Of a stretch of 47,185 bases of DNA, positions 1-9,033 are shown one piece after another. The notes beneath the pieces are model-generated. The model was not told the DNA's origin. It made no database searches and was given only the letters and a program-made list of their open reading frames with translations. The stretch comes from Bdellovibrionota bacterium. GTDB taxonomy: Bacteria; Bdellovibrionota_C; UBA2361; OMII01. The translations under genes were made by a program, and so were the position numbers. The DNA is taken from contig JBIKWQ010000018.1 in assembly GCA_044356215.1 (NCBI GenBank), positions 1 to 47,185 of the forward strand. Reading direction: 5' to 3'. The number at the start of each line of letters is the position of its first letter. Within the stretch, counting starts at the first letter, position 1.

Positions 1-105
1 ACAGAGGACGCAGAGGACACAGAGAAAACCCCATAATTGCCCATAAAATGGCCGTTCTCTGTGTCCTCTGCGTCCTCTGTGGTGATAAAGAACTGCGACG
101 CCCTA
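1..105 (+). mobile_element. Partial copy (right part) of the 163-bp MITE family A
   Basis: Identical to 33902-34006. Ends in TIR ACTGCGACGCCCTA (92-105). Left part is cut off by the window edge. Confidence 0.85.
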
Positions 106-231
106 CCGATTTATTAGATTTTCGAGTCGGATTTGAGGAAATTCGTGTCTTATTGACTGAGCTAACGACGAACAGTGCAAGCTGGTCGTTTTTATCCTAA
201 TATAGCAACGTTAAGGACACGGTAGACCAAT

Positions 232-645
232 ATGAAGCCACCGCCGCATGTAGTATCGATTATGACCCCACTGCCTCACACTATTGAGGCGTCAAGCTCC
301 ATACACCAAGCGAAAGCGGTTATGGATGCCGAGGGTATCCGTCACCTACCCGTGACCTCTGAGGGACGTTTAGTTGGAATGTTGTCAGAGCGGGATCTAA
401 AACTTGCTTTCGCCATCGCCGCTACATCAGAGTCTGAAGGATTAAACGTAGGAGACGTCTGCAACCTTGAGGCCTATGTTGTTGAGTATAATACCCCGCT
501 AGACCAGGTTCTCATCTATTTAGCTGAACAGCGCATGGGCTCCGCTCTTATCACCAGGAACGGAAAGCTAGTAGGAATTATAACTAACAGTGATATCTAC
601 CGAAGTTATAGTGAGCACTTGAAGATAGCGTTTCCGGACGCTTAA
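232..645 (+). CDS. CBS-domain pair protein
   Basis: Two CBS motifs (IRHLPV...LVGMLSERD; MGSALI...LVGIITNSD). Confidence 0.9.
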   Translation: MKPPPHVVSIMTPLPHTIEASSSIHQAKAVMDAEGIRHLPVTSEGRLVGMLSERDLKLAFAIAATSESEGLNVGDVCNLEAYVVEYNTPLDQVLIYLAEQRMGSALITRNGKLVGIITNSDIYRSYSEHLKIAFPDA

Positions 646-646
646 C

Positions 647-877
647 CTATTGCGTGACCAAAGCGTAGATCCTCTGGTTCCCATCTCCGCTTACGCAGAT
701 TAGCCCCTCGGATCGCATATCCTCAAGGACCTGAAGAATTGCTGTCTCGTCACCCTCAACGATCGGCCGCTCTTCCTCATCGTGTACAACGATTAGGTTG
801 TTGAAATACAGGCCATCCTCGGCCTCGGGATGGCTTAGCGCCGCTACTATCTGATCTCTGATGAGGCTCTGATTCAT
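647..877 (-). CDS. Small hypothetical protein, possibly winged-helix-like
   Basis: 76-aa ATG ORF with AAGG/GGT RBS-like sequence. Fills the gap convergently to the CBS gene. Confidence 0.6.
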   Translation of the reverse strand: MNQSLIRDQIVAALSHPEAEDGLYFNNLIVVHDEEERPIVEGDETAILQVLEDMRSEGLICVSGDGNQRIYALVTQ

Positions 878-1044
878 ATGGTGACCTTCTTAATTACGGA
901 CCCCTTCATGTTACCTCAATAACAGCTTGTCCACACCAGGAAAATGAGGTCGTTTCACATCTGACCTCTTTCCATGCAAAATCCCGTCTTTTCAAGGACG
1001 TTATCCTATGGTCAGATTTATCTGAATATACGACATGTCCTAAT

Positions 1045-1686
1045 ATGGAAAACCTATCAAGTAAATCCTCAAACCCTGACTGGATAGCGCTCATTTCTCA
1101 ACTAGTAACCGATTCGGGCATACTTAACGAGGATGTTGAGTCTCATATTCGACTAGCTTTCTCGAAGGTAGATCGCCGTCTTTTTTTAGATTCTCAGTGG
1201 AGCTCTCGCGCTCATCAAGACGTCGACCTACCTCTAATTGGCGATCAGTGGTTGACCAGGCCTTCGATTCTCATACGCATGGCCTCACTAATAAACCTAG
1301 AGAAACGGATGAAGATTCTCGTCGCTGGCTCAGGAAGCGGTTATCTTTGCGCGGCACTCAGCTTGGCGGGCGCTCAAGTTTTTGGAGTTGAGCAGATCGC
1401 GGCCTTGGCTCAGAGCTCACGGAAGTCGCTCGATGCTAATGGATACCATGGAGTTATTATTCACCGTGGCAACGCGAATAAGGGCTGGCAGGAAGTCGCG
1501 CCATTTGACGCGATCATCGTTACCTATCCGGTAAGTGATGATTTAGGGCTGCCATTGTCGCAGCTCAGCCTGAATGGGACACTCGTTGTTCCGGTAGCGT
1601 CCGATGAGTCTACCCGTTTAACTGTATGGAAACGAACAAACGATTCTTACAAACGTACCGTGTTTGAGGAGGTGGAATCTCGGTGA
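1045..1686 (+). CDS. pcm: Protein-L-isoaspartate O-methyltransferase (divergent)
   Basis: AFSKVDRRLF, GSGSGY SAM motif, GWQEVAPFDAIIV, GTLVVPV. Lies upstream of an nlpD-like gene. Confidence 0.85.
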   Translation: MENLSSKSSNPDWIALISQLVTDSGILNEDVESHIRLAFSKVDRRLFLDSQWSSRAHQDVDLPLIGDQWLTRPSILIRMASLINLEKRMKILVAGSGSGYLCAALSLAGAQVFGVEQIAALAQSSRKSLDANGYHGVIIHRGNANKGWQEVAPFDAIIVTYPVSDDLGLPLSQLSLNGTLVVPVASDESTRLTVWKRTNDSYKRTVFEEVESR

Positions 1687-2420
1687 TTATGTTTAGGCGC
1701 GCAAACCAGCTCTGCTTAATAACCGCTGCGCTGTCTCTCCTTAGTGGATGTGCCACATTTAAGAACACCATAAACGGTAAGAGAGATCGTTACTATTCGG
1801 TTAAAAGTGGGGATACTCTCGAGATCATTGGCTCCAAGTATGGCGTAGACCCAAGCGACATACAGTCGTACAACGGAATTAAAGTTCCAACTGGACTTCG
1901 GGTTGGCCAGAAGATAGTTATCCCGTCCGTTGGTCCCCTTGATAAAGAGCCGGCCAAAGAGGCTGGTGCAGAGCCTCCAGATGGAGCAAGAGCTCAGCTT
2001 CGAATGGTCAGTCTCTCCCCCGTTAGAGGATATATCGGCCAGCTTGAGATGCCCATCGAAGACGCTCGTTACAGCTCCAAGTTTGGCTGGCGCTGGCGCA
2101 AGTTCCATGAGGGAATGGATCTCTCCGCGCCTGAAGGGACCCCTATTTTAGCGGCTCACGATGGAGTTGTTGTTCTGGCTAGCGAATCGTGGGGCCGTTA
2201 CGGAAAAGTGCTAGTGATTAAGGGAGAAGGACTGATGACCGTTTACGGTCACAACTCGGTTAACCAAGTGAAACAAGGGGCCAGGGTGCGTCGAGGCCAG
2301 CAGGTCGCCAAGGTGGGCTCAACCGGGAATGCCAGCGGCCCTCACCTGCACTTTGAGACCCGGATATTAGACGAAGAGGGGCGCTTCGCCGCTATAAACC
2401 CGACAGTCTTCTATCCATAG
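1683..2420 (+). CDS. LysM + M23 peptidase lipoprotein (NlpD/MepM-like)
   Basis: Lipobox LSGC, LysM (YSVKSGDTL), M23 motifs HEGMD and HLHFE intact. Confidence 0.9.
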   Translation: MIMFRRANQLCLITAALSLLSGCATFKNTINGKRDRYYSVKSGDTLEIIGSKYGVDPSDIQSYNGIKVPTGLRVGQKIVIPSVGPLDKEPAKEAGAEPPDGARAQLRMVSLSPVRGYIGQLEMPIEDARYSSKFGWRWRKFHEGMDLSAPEGTPILAAHDGVVVLASESWGRYGKVLVIKGEGLMTVYGHNSVNQVKQGARVRRGQQVAKVGSTGNASGPHLHFETRILDEEGRFAAINPTVFYP

Positions 2421-2421
2421 G

Positions 2422-2450
2422 TTGGCGCGCGACGCGAATTTTGCTAGCCT
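2422..2450 (+). promoter_or_regulatory. Putative sigma70 promoter of tRNA-Arg
   Basis: TTGGCG-N17-TAGCCT with TG extended -10, 11 nt before the tRNA. Confidence 0.5.
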
Positions 2451-2461
2451 AGATGGGTAAC

Positions 2462-2538
2462 GCGCTCGTAGCTCAGTTGGATAGAGCACAAGTTTCCTAA
2501 ACTTGGGGTCGCAGGTTCGATCCCTGCCGGGCGCACCA
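2462..2538 (+). tRNA. tRNA-Arg (anticodon CCT)
   Basis: Cloverleaf: GCGCTCG acceptor, D-arm GCTCAGTTGGATAGAGC, anticodon stem CAAGT-TTCCTAA-ACTTG, GGTTCGATCCC T-loop, encoded CCA. Confidence 0.97.
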
Positions 2539-2832
2539 CGTGAGCACGGCAGGGATCGAACCTGCGATGGTCTTATTACAAGGCGAGCTAGCGAGCGTTG
2601 TGCCGACTGTGCCCCCGTCGCCAGACGGGGAATAGCACGGGCGGAACAGGTAATATCGAGAGTTCGATCCCTGCCGGGCGCACCACGTGAGCACGGCAGG
2701 GATCGAACATGCGATGGTCTTATTACAAGGCGAGCTAGCGAGCCTTGTGCCGACTGTGCCACCGTCGACAGACGGGGAATAGCACGGGCGGAACAGGTAA
2801 TATCGGGAGTTCGATCCTCTCCGGGCGCACCA
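2515..2832 (+). repeat. tRNA-linked tandem repeat, 147-bp period
   Basis: tRNA 3' end GTTCGATCCCTGCCGGGCGCACCA occurs at 2515 and 2662, with a variant at 2809. Units 2539-2685 and 2686-2832 are nearly identical. Confidence 0.95.
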
Positions 2833-2848
2833 CGTTCTACGCACCGAG

Positions 2849-3919
2849 ATGATTAATCACTACAAGACACTCGGTCTCTCAAATGCGGCGTCAGCCTCAG
2901 AGATTCGGCGGGCCTACCGCGTTCTGGCTAGAAGATACCACCCTGACGTGAATCCCAACGGAGATAGCTCAGAGATATTTAAAACTATAGCCAGCGCCTA
3001 TGCGGTCTTATCCGATCCTGAAAAGAAGCAGCAGTATGACCTCGAATTAAAGCAAACTCAGGAGTCTTTTGAGGAGTCATTTGAACGAGCACGCGAGGCG
3101 CTAAAACGCAACCAACGCGGAGATGCTTACCGCAAGCACTCCGAGTATCAGTCGGAACCTTCAAAGTCTACCGGAGCCTCGGATGCTAAAGGATACAGTA
3201 CTCAATCTTCAGGCGTTCGTGTAAAGTCCGACATATCCGCCGTCTCTGATTTTTTAAGTAAGAACACTGTAAAGCGGATCAAGAGTATTCAAGATTCCGC
3301 GGTTAAAAGTCTCAAGGGATCAATTAGCCGATTTTCATCTTACTTTCCTAAGCGACTTGCCGCGGCGAGATCTAGAAAGGGCTCTGAATTCGCCCTAGTC
3401 GAGCTATCGATCTCTATCCAGGAGGCGATCCAAGGGGCTCGCAGAACGGTGAACCTAGCTGAGCCTGGGGAAAGACCGCGGAAGGTTTCGGTAAACATAC
3501 CCGCTGGAGTGCGGACCGGAAGTTTAGTGAGACTTAGAGGTAAAGAGAGTGGTAGCGAGATAGTCCTTGTTATTAACGTGGAGAATCACCCTTGGCTCAG
3601 CCTGGCTGAACGTGGATTAACAATGGAGATACCTCTCACTTTTGCCGAGGCGGTCGATGGATGCAAGGTTCAAGTTCCAGCATTTGGAGATCCACTCTTG
3701 GTAACCGTGGAACCGAGAACACAGAGCGGCAAAGAGGTCAGACTCAAAGGACAAGGGATATCCCTTCGCGACGGCACCCGTGGTGACTTGTTTATAAGGT
3801 TTATCGTTAAGGTTCCAGATCAAGAGCTCGCTCCAGAGCTCAAAAGCTTAAGTGAATTACTTGGAGAGGCATATTCACGCGGTGTCAGAGAGCACCTCCC
3901 GAAACGAATACCGGAGTGA
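2849..3919 (+). CDS. DnaJ-class chaperone (CbpA-like: J-domain + C-terminal domain, no zinc finger)
   Basis: YHPDVN J-domain, C-terminal RLKGQG...RGDLFI. Confidence 0.9.
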   Translation: MINHYKTLGLSNAASASEIRRAYRVLARRYHPDVNPNGDSSEIFKTIASAYAVLSDPEKKQQYDLELKQTQESFEESFERAREALKRNQRGDAYRKHSEYQSEPSKSTGASDAKGYSTQSSGVRVKSDISAVSDFLSKNTVKRIKSIQDSAVKSLKGSISRFSSYFPKRLAAARSRKGSEFALVELSISIQEAIQGARRTVNLAEPGERPRKVSVNIPAGVRTGSLVRLRGKESGSEIVLVINVENHPWLSLAERGLTMEIPLTFAEAVDGCKVQVPAFGDPLLVTVEPRTQSGKEVRLKGQGISLRDGTRGDLFIRFIVKVPDQELAPELKSLSELLGEAYSRGVREHLPKRIPE

Positions 3920-4689
3920 TTTTCATGAGCGCCCGCCTAGCCACTCTTAGTTTTATCGCGAAGAGCATCGTCATTCAGGCGTTAGGTGTGGCGGCATGCG
4001 TAATAACCTGGTCCATCTTTCCTAATCTAGCATTAGCGATCGGAGTTGCGTGCCTAGCCGCCTATTTGGGATCTATGGTTACCGAATTGCCCACGGCGTG
4101 GAGGATGATCAACGTGGCCTTGCCGATCACGTCAGCTATGACGTTAGCCCTTAGCATTCCTGGATACCTATATTCAATTCCGCTAATTCTAATTCTGGCG
4201 ATCTATTTACCGGCTATTCTCAACCGGGTGCCTTACTATCCGACCCAGAAACCCGCCTATGCCCTGATCTTAGCTGAGTTACCAACGGATCGACCATTTG
4301 AGTTCGTAGACCTGGGCTGCGGCTTCGGCGACTTGCTGTTTTTTTTAGCTAAGCATAGGCCAAACGGACGATTCGTCGGTGTTGAGCTCGGCCCCCTGCC
4401 TTGCTTGGTAGCTCGCATCAAAGCTTTCTTTAAAGGGGTGTCGAATGTCAGCATTACTCTGAGAGATATGTGGCGTTATGACCTTCGCGAGAGTGATTTT
4501 GTTTATACATTTCTCTCGCCAGCGGCGATGGAGGATGTATGGGCGAAGGTATCCAGGGATATGCGAAGCGGAAGCACCTTTATAACTAATTCTTTTCCTG
4601 TGCCGGCGCCAGCTAACGAAGAGATCTCAGTGCGCGATGAGCGAGGATCTAAGTTATACCTGCATCGAATGTCGGAAGCCCGCGGTTAA
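3916..4689 (+). CDS. Membrane-anchored class I SAM-dependent methyltransferase
   Basis: N-terminal hydrophobic helices, VPYYPT, VDLGCGFG motif I, VYTFLSP. Confidence 0.8.
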   Translation: MIFMSARLATLSFIAKSIVIQALGVAACVITWSIFPNLALAIGVACLAAYLGSMVTELPTAWRMINVALPITSAMTLALSIPGYLYSIPLILILAIYLPAILNRVPYYPTQKPAYALILAELPTDRPFEFVDLGCGFGDLLFFLAKHRPNGRFVGVELGPLPCLVARIKAFFKGVSNVSITLRDMWRYDLRESDFVYTFLSPAAMEDVWAKVSRDMRSGSTFITNSFPVPAPANEEISVRDERGSKLYLHRMSEARG

Positions 4690-5606
4690 GCCGCCTTCTT
4701 TACAGCGCCCTCACCAATCTTGCGCCCTTCCCACCAAACAACGATCGGCGATACGATGAACATGGTGGAATACGCGCCAAGCACGATACCAGCGACCAAG
4801 TATAAGCTTAGGTCCTTGATCTCGCCTGTGCCAACTATGTACAAAGCTAGCGCCGAGAAGAGGGTCAGCGCATGGGTAATGACAGTTCTCGAAAGGGTGA
4901 AGTTGAGCGCCTCATTAACAACATCCTTCATCGTGTATGAACGTTTTTTTCTCCGCTCCTCGCGCACCCGGTCGAATATAACTACCGTGTCGTTGACAGA
5001 ATAACCAACAATGGTAAGGGCTCCTGCTAAAGTGGCCATCCCTATAACGTGTCCGGATATTAAATAGATACCCGTGGCTATCGTAACGTCGTGTATCAGG
5101 GCGACAACCGTTCCAAGCCCAACAGCAAACTCAAACCTGAGCGCGATGTAGAGCAACATTCCTACCGTAGCCAATACTACAGCCAGAAGAGCGCTCTTTC
5201 GAAGCTCGGCTCCAACGGTTGGTCCCACATAGTCTGTTTTCTCTACTCGAGCGGCATCACCAAAAGCACCCTTGAGAGCTGTCTCCACTTTGGTACGAAT
5301 ACTAGCTACATCACCAACTTCGTTGAGTCTAATAGAATACTCGTTCTTAGCTCCTTGAAACCTTTGAACACGAGTCTCTCCGAGCCCCTGCCCCTCAAGC
5401 CCCTTGCGAATGCCGTCACTATCCTGCTCTCCATTAAACGAGACAAGAAACTCATGCCCGCCACTGAAGTCAGTTCCGTACTTTGAGTCCCCTCTTTGCA
5501 GAAATATATAAACCGACGAGGCAAACATGATCAGAGAAAGCAGCGCGCAAATAAGCCGCTTACTCATAAAATCGATCTTTACATCACTCTTTATTAGCTC
5601 TTTCAT
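4686..5606 (-). CDS. secF: Protein translocase subunit SecF
   Basis: GTDFSGG, VGPTVG, GYSVNDTVVIFDRVRE. Confidence 0.97.
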   Translation of the reverse strand: MKELIKSDVKIDFMSKRLICALLSLIMFASSVYIFLQRGDSKYGTDFSGGHEFLVSFNGEQDSDGIRKGLEGQGLGETRVQRFQGAKNEYSIRLNEVGDVASIRTKVETALKGAFGDAARVEKTDYVGPTVGAELRKSALLAVVLATVGMLLYIALRFEFAVGLGTVVALIHDVTIATGIYLISGHVIGMATLAGALTIVGYSVNDTVVIFDRVREERRKKRSYTMKDVVNEALNFTLSRTVITHALTLFSALALYIVGTGEIKDLSLYLVAGIVLGAYSTMFIVSPIVVWWEGRKIGEGAVKKAA

Positions 5607-5619
5607 GACCGCGTTTCCC

Positions 5620-7155
5620 TTAAATTGATAGCCCCTTCTTGCCGCGCAGCTCGAAGTAGTCGAAGCACAATCTCGCCACGAAAACGGCGCAGAACAGAGT
5701 CGTCGCTATACCTACAGAAAGGGTAACCGCGAAGCCACGAATTGGACCGGTGCCGAAATAATATAGGATACCGCCTGCCAGTAGCGTCGTTATGTTTGAG
5801 TCGAGAATCGCTCCGAAGGCCTTATCGAATCCTGTGTGAACAGCGAGATCTCTGGACACACCGTTTCGAATCTCATCTCTAATACGCTCGAAGATAATAA
5901 CATTTGAATCCACTGCCATACCGATAGTAAGAGCCAAACCAGCCAGGCCTGGTAATGTCAACGTGGCGCCAAAAAGGGATAAGCAGGCGATCATTAAAAA
6001 CGCGTTGAGCAGCAGAGTGAATACAGCGACAAGCCCTGACTTCGCGTAGTAACTAACCATGAATAACGCGATACCAACGAATCCTATCGCCATCGCAACA
6101 AGACCCTTCTTAACCGATTCAAATCCGAGTGTCGGTCCCACTGTGCGTTCCTCTAAAACCTCCAGTGGCGCCGGTAGAGCTCCCGCCTTAAGAACAATCT
6201 TTAGACGTCGCGCCTCCTCTGTTGTGAAACTCCCCGAAATACTCGCCTGGCCTCCTGTAATCGCCGAACGAATTACAGGGGCGGAGTAAACCACTCCATC
6301 CAAAACTATCGCTAACTGTCTACCTACGTTCTCTGAGGTGATCCGAGAAAAATCATCAGCTCCGGCGGATGTCATTCTAAGTGACACCTCGACCTGTCCG
6401 TTCTGGTCGAAGTCAACTCTAGCATCATCGACTGCATCGCCCGTCATTAGTGCGGGATCTTCAACTGTATAAGGCTGGCCCTGCTGGTCCTTCAAAGTAA
6501 TCGATCCGGCGTCACTATCACTACCACGAGGTACTAGCCTGAACTCAAGTTTCGCTACTGAGCCAACCACTTTTTTAACCGAGTTAACATCAGAAACACC
6601 GGGCATCTGTAGAATAATCCGATTCTCCCCCGAGCGCTGAATCAACGGCTCTGATACTCCAAACTGGTCCACTCTGTTTCTTAGTGTCTCGATAGCCTGA
6701 TCTACGGCGTCCTTCTCGATCTTTTGACTAGTCAGATCAGAGATCGACCAGACAAGGGTCGGCCTTCCAGAATCGTTGCTCACCGATGAAAATGATAAAT
6801 CTGGATTGAATTCCGCGATAACAGCCTTAGCTTGCTCAACCGAAGTATCACTCAAAAGAGATATCTGTACTGTATTATCGGCGCCGATATTTCCCGATGC
6901 GACCGCTATCTTCTTTTCACGCAATTTGGCCCGCGCCGATGACAACATACTCTGAAGTCGACTCTTCACCGCTTCGCCTGCCTGCACTCCGTATACCAGA
7001 TGGACACCACCACTAATATCGAGCCCGAGCGCGAGTGGTCTGGTAGGCCAATCCTTGGGGAACTTATCACCGAAGATAGACGGGAGGAGACACGCGATAG
7101 CCGCTACAACGGCAATCCCCAACACCAAAACTCTTTGAAAAGTATCTTTTATCAT
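5620..7155 (-). CDS. secD: Protein translocase subunit SecD
   Basis: LGLDISGG, RVDQFGVSEP, GMAVDSNVIIFERIRDE. Confidence 0.97.
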   Translation of the reverse strand: MIKDTFQRVLVLGIAVVAAIACLLPSIFGDKFPKDWPTRPLALGLDISGGVHLVYGVQAGEAVKSRLQSMLSSARAKLREKKIAVASGNIGADNTVQISLLSDTSVEQAKAVIAEFNPDLSFSSVSNDSGRPTLVWSISDLTSQKIEKDAVDQAIETLRNRVDQFGVSEPLIQRSGENRIILQMPGVSDVNSVKKVVGSVAKLEFRLVPRGSDSDAGSITLKDQQGQPYTVEDPALMTGDAVDDARVDFDQNGQVEVSLRMTSAGADDFSRITSENVGRQLAIVLDGVVYSAPVIRSAITGGQASISGSFTTEEARRLKIVLKAGALPAPLEVLEERTVGPTLGFESVKKGLVAMAIGFVGIALFMVSYYAKSGLVAVFTLLLNAFLMIACLSLFGATLTLPGLAGLALTIGMAVDSNVIIFERIRDEIRNGVSRDLAVHTGFDKAFGAILDSNITTLLAGGILYYFGTGPIRGFAVTLSVGIATTLFCAVFVARLCFDYFELRGKKGLSI

Positions 7156-7193
7156 ATCGACTCCGTGTCGTTATCGAAAACGTCGCTCCGAGC

Positions 7194-7598
7194 TCACGCC
7201 TTCTGTGGCTCGACCTCAAATCTGGCTATATGGGACCTAAGAAATTTCACCTTAACATTCTGAGCGATCTCGATCGTCACATGCTCGCTCTCTACCCCAG
7301 CAACCTTACCGACAATTCCACTAGTGGTTATTACAGAATCACCCTTCTTAAGCGCCTCCATAAGCTCCCTGTGCTTCTTGTTCTTGGTCTCCTGCGGTTT
7401 TATCACCATGAAATAGAATATCAGGTAGCAGACAGCCAACATGGGCAGCATCTGCATCAATGCTCCGAATATAGATGGTTGCTCAGCTCCCGCCATCGGG
7501 GTCGAAGTCGCCTGCTGAGCTGACACTTCACCAAATGTCACAGCAGTCGCGATAACCGCCAGCAAACAGGAACTCACACTTAAACAAAAATATCTCAT
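7194..7598 (-). CDS. yajC: Preprotein translocase subunit YajC
   Basis: FYFMVIKPQ...LKKGDSVITTSGIVG, upstream of secD. Confidence 0.95.
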   Translation of the reverse strand: MRYFCLSVSSCLLAVIATAVTFGEVSAQQATSTPMAGAEQPSIFGALMQMLPMLAVCYLIFYFMVIKPQETKNKKHRELMEALKKGDSVITTSGIVGKVAGVESEHVTIEIAQNVKVKFLRSHIARFEVEPQKA

Positions 7599-7707
7599 CG
7601 CACCTACTCACTAGATTTTTAAATTGCTGCTCTCGCGCTTCGTTAACCACCCAAGACCGGCCGATTTTTACCACGGCTCGAGGAAAAAAGGCACCCCTTA
7701 AAAACGC

Positions 7708-9024
7708 CTAACGCTTAAGAAACCCCTGAAGCAACGGCGTCGGATTAACCGGGATCGTAGCCTTTCTGTCAGGCCCTACGCTGACGAACTCCACCCGACA
7801 CTCGACAAGCTTTTCGATAGCCTTAACGTAATCCTGCGCCGCTTTCGGTAACTCCACCCAGGAAGTAACACCAGATAGGTCCTCGCTCCATCCTGGAAAC
7901 TCAACGTACTCAAGTTCTAAGCCCTTATATTCATCCGTCAACGCCGGAAGATCATCTAGCACTTCGGTCCCACGTCGGTAACCTACACAGACCTTGAGTG
8001 TCTTTTGCCCAGAGAGCACATCGAGCTTAGTAATGATTAAAGAGTCAATGCCACTAATTCGGACTGCCCTCCGCATCGCGACAGCGTCAAACCACCCGCA
8101 TCTTCTGGCTCTCCCTGTGACGGTACCAAACTCGTGTCCCTTCTCGCGCAGCTCATCACCTATTCCGCCGTGTATCTCACTAGGGAATGGGCCTTCACCA
8201 ACCCGAGTAGTATACGCCTTCGCCAGACCTACCACTGAATCAATCATTCGTGGACCTATTCCAACCCCTACGGATGCGCCACCGGCGATGGTGTTTGAAG
8301 ATGTAACATAGGGATATGTTCCATGTACGGTATCGAGAAGGACGCCTTGAGCGCCCTCAAAGATCACATTCTTCCCGCTCTTAAGAGCGTGGTGGACGGC
8401 CACGCTACCGTTGCCGATATAAGGCGACAGGAGCTTCGCGTGAGCCTCTAAATCGCTCCAAATTTGATCAAAGTCTACTTGAGTTTCGCTCTCTAGAACG
8501 AATCTCAAGAGCTTGTTCTTATCGATTACATGATTCTTGATCCGCTCCCTAACCGCAGCCAGGTTAAGTAGATCTGCGCAGCGGATTCCGGTCCGTTGGC
8601 TACGATCCTCATAGCACGGTCCAATCCCCTTTCCGGTAGTTCCGATCTTGTTAACTCCAAGCCTAGCTTCTCTAGCTCGGTCCAGCGCTATGTGATACTC
8701 CAGAACGAGGTGCGCATCGCGATCAATCATAAACCGACCAGGAGAAACATCCCCGCCAGCGGCGCGCAAACGATCGATCTCAGCGATTAAAGAGCTAGGA
8801 TTTATAACAACCCCGGCGCCCAACAGGCACTTCACTCCCGGTCGAAGCATTCCGCTCGGCAAGAGGCTCAGGGCTGTTTTCTTGCCATCTATTACGATCG
8901 TATGGCCAGCGTTACTTCCACCTTGAAAACGAACTACCCAGTCGGCTCTCTCGGTAAGCACATCGACGAACTTCCCCTTGCCCTCATCTCCCCACTGAGC
9001 CCCAACGATTACTATTCCTGGCAC
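7708..9024 (-). CDS. purA: Adenylosuccinate synthetase
   Basis: GAQWGDEGKGK, GTYPYVTSS, EFGTVTGRARRCGW. Confidence 0.98.
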   Translation of the reverse strand: MPGIVIVGAQWGDEGKGKFVDVLTERADWVVRFQGGSNAGHTIVIDGKKTALSLLPSGMLRPGVKCLLGAGVVINPSSLIAEIDRLRAAGGDVSPGRFMIDRDAHLVLEYHIALDRAREARLGVNKIGTTGKGIGPCYEDRSQRTGIRCADLLNLAAVRERIKNHVIDKNKLLRFVLESETQVDFDQIWSDLEAHAKLLSPYIGNGSVAVHHALKSGKNVIFEGAQGVLLDTVHGTYPYVTSSNTIAGGASVGVGIGPRMIDSVVGLAKAYTTRVGEGPFPSEIHGGIGDELREKGHEFGTVTGRARRCGWFDAVAMRRAVRISGIDSLIITKLDVLSGQKTLKVCVGYRRGTEVLDDLPALTDEYKGLELEYVEFPGWSEDLSGVTSWVELPKAAQDYVKAIEKLVECRVEFVSVGPDRKATIPVNPTPLLQGFLKR

Positions 9025-9033
9025 ACGACCTCC

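Noticed and set aside
2662..2832. Additional tRNA genes or an integrated prophage/island
   Set aside because: Only 24 nt of the tRNA 3' end is repeated, with no D-arm or anticodon arm, and there is no integrase or cargo between copies.
2367..2856. ORFs 2367-2762, 2497-2844 and 2503-2856 with internal repeats
   Set aside because: They overlap the tRNA and stay open only because the 147-bp period is a multiple of 3.
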